In this document: positions 61,929 to 64,000 of the stretch, one piece after another | How positions within the stretch are numbered: position 1 is the stretch's first letter | How the letters are laid out: the number at the start of each line of letters is the position of its first letter | From: Eledone cirrhosa | Taxonomy: Eukaryota | NCBI GenBank assembly: GCA_964016885.1 | Contig: OZ024755.1 | Span: 42,594,001 to 42,658,000, forward strand | DNA length: 64,000 bases | Reading direction: 5' to 3' | Translations under genes and position numbers: made by a program | Notes under the pieces: generated by a model | Seen by the model: the letters and a program-made list of their open reading frames with translations, nothing else | Told to the model about the DNA's origin: nothing | The model's database searches: none

Positions 61929-61994
61929 GTGAACAGTGAACTGCACTGACGAAGGGTGATACCCAGAAACATTAGTGTCTGCAGTTCTGTTTAC
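61929..61994 (+). ncRNA. Solo type-I hammerhead ribozyme
   Basis: gtgaaca(gt)gaactgca-CTGACGA-agggt(gat)accca-GAAA-ca(ttag)tg-TC-tgcagttc tgtttac; GUC site. Confidence 0.8.
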
Positions 61995-62454
61995 ATGCCA
62001 ACACAAGAGCAAGAATGAAGGGTTCATTCTACTGACATGTCTATAAAATTGAGGCTTGTTTGCATAATTGCAAACGAATCGAATGTTATTATTAATATTC
62101 GAAAAATTCAGATTACATTTATTGTATTCAGCCATGTAGAGCGAACATTTTTTATATACGGTGAAAGCTTCTATTGTCTAATTTCAAACTTGCTCACTGT
62201 TTCAAAACATAGTTACTTGATATATATTTATAAGAATGGATGGCTTATGTCTAATTATACAAAGAAACAGTCAAAGATTGACTGAATGACGACTCAATAT
62301 ATATAAGCAGAATATAGATTTTATTTCTCAAACAAGAAGATTACAGTAACTTCAAAGTTCCTGCTGTAATGGGCCACTTTCAACTGCCAAGTCTAAAGAG
62401 ACTCATTATAGCCGGAACTTTGAAGTCTGCCAATATTTTCTTTGAACTACACGT

Positions 62455-62760
62455 GCACACACACACACACATATACACACACATGCACACACACGCACAC
62501 ATACACACACACAAATATGCTTATACACACACATACATATGCTTATACACATACATACACATAAATATGCTTATACACATACACACACACAAATATGCTT
62601 ATACACACACACATACATACACATAAATATGCTTATACACACAGACATACACACAAATAAGCTTATACACATACATACATACAAATATGCTTATACACAT
62701 ACATACACACAAATAAGCTTATACACATACACGCAGACATACAAATAAACACACATTGAC
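62455..62760. repeat. (CA)n-based compound repeat with AAATATGCTTAT
   Basis: Seen directly. Confidence 0.85.
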
Positions 62761-63380
62761 ATATCAATACATATATATGACTGTATATCAATATATATAT
62801 ACACACTACAAAATTAACAATTCTCTACCAGCAGTCAGATGGTTTATTTTTCCATCAAATAAAGTAAGTTTCTAATAAACAAAATTTCAAATCAATAAAA
62901 AGAGACATAAAAAGCAATAACATTATGAAAAAGTCATTTTAGTCATTCAAAACACAGAAAATCTGTTAAATTTATCATATTTCTTTGTGTATAATATGAT
63001 TTGAATATAATATAACTCAGGGGTGTGCAACACCCCACTACCACCATCACCACTTTTATTCCATTGGTGGGCCACTTTTGAACATTGGAACAACTATCAG
63101 GGCCAGTTACTGTAAAAAATATGTAATCTGATGAAAACCAGTAAATTGAGTCATAAATACATTGTGAATACACTATTAAACAACAAAGACAAATAAAATA
63201 TAATTTAGTTTTATTAATGTGAGACTTGGTATTTGGTATAGGTCAACTAACTGAAGTATTATGGTTACGAAACAAATTCTAAATAAGCCTACAAGGTAAA
63301 AAGTAAAAATGGTCATTGCGGGCCACTTTGACTGGTCAGGATTGTGGCCTGTGCATGCCTCTGACATTAGCCATTGCTAA

Positions 63381-63419
63381 ACCTGCTTGTTGGCCTTTTA
63401 GCTAAGGTCAAAGAGTGTA
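63381..63419 (+). pseudogene. Possible U2 snRNA 5'-end fragment
   Basis: GCTTGTTGGCCTTTTAGCTAAGGTCAA matches 23/27 nt of U2 GCTTCTCGGCCTTTTGGCTAAGATCAA, then GTGTA after a short gap. Confidence 0.45.
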
Positions 63420-63679
63420 TATTACAACTCAAACGTACTGCCAGGTCTATAGAAATATTTCTGTAAACTTGTCCAACAAAATCTTGATCTCAGCTCAAGT
63501 AAAGTAAAGACCCCCTTCAGTCATGGGATTTGTACCTAGAAAGTTCCCCTCTAAGGCACAAGTCCAGGCAAGGATGTTTGTGGAAGACTAGCAGTTCCCC
63601 ATACATACCAGTCTTTCCTCTCCATGGCAGCAATGTTGTCCAAGGGAAAGACAAAAACTGGTAGCAGTGACGTTGCAAC

Positions 63680-64000
63680 ATATATACACTGTATATACAT
63701 TATATATACACTGTATATACATTATATATACATATATACAGTGTATATACATTATATATACACTGTACATACATTATATATACACTGTATATACATTATA
63801 TATACACTGTATACACATTATATATACATATATACAGTGTATATACATTATATATACACTGTACATACATTACATTTACACTGTATATACATTATATATA
63901 CACTGTATATACACACTGTATATACATTATATATACACTGTATATACATTATATATACACTGTATATACATTATATATACACTGTACATACATTACATTT
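63680..64000. repeat. AT-rich ~22-bp minisatellite (TATATACACTGTATATACATTA)
   Basis: Seen directly; runs off the window. Confidence 0.9.

Noticed and set aside
61908-62135. Possible host exon on the minus strand
   Set aside because: No recognisable protein; overlaps the hammerhead.

Overview
Animal (eukaryotic) repeat-dense DNA; the SINE and RTE families and long (TA)n tracts resemble octopod cephalopod genomes (inference). No host protein-coding gene could be supported. Bases 1-43,600 are a nest of transposons: several RTE/RTE-X LINEs, a CR1-type LINE, tRNA-head SINEs, a MITE, a decayed Ty3/gypsy element, a decayed Helitron and at least three distinct Penelope-like element (PLE) families. 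The centrepiece is a very young 11.7-kb PLE insertion (27755-39441): an inverted partial copy, a direct partial copy and a full copy with an intact 830-aa RT + GIY-YIG ORF, each carrying the same hammerhead ribozyme (HHR). Reading by eye finds about a dozen intact, mutated or half type-I HHR motifs across the window. Several sit in small non-coding foldback or permuted elements in (TA)n tracts, a candidate system of PLE-mobilised ribozyme mini-elements (retrozyme-like). Bases 43,670-59,391 are a 15.7-kb satellite of 21/22-bp units with a few-variant code and higher-order repeats. All RNA structures were paired by eye, not computed or assayed.
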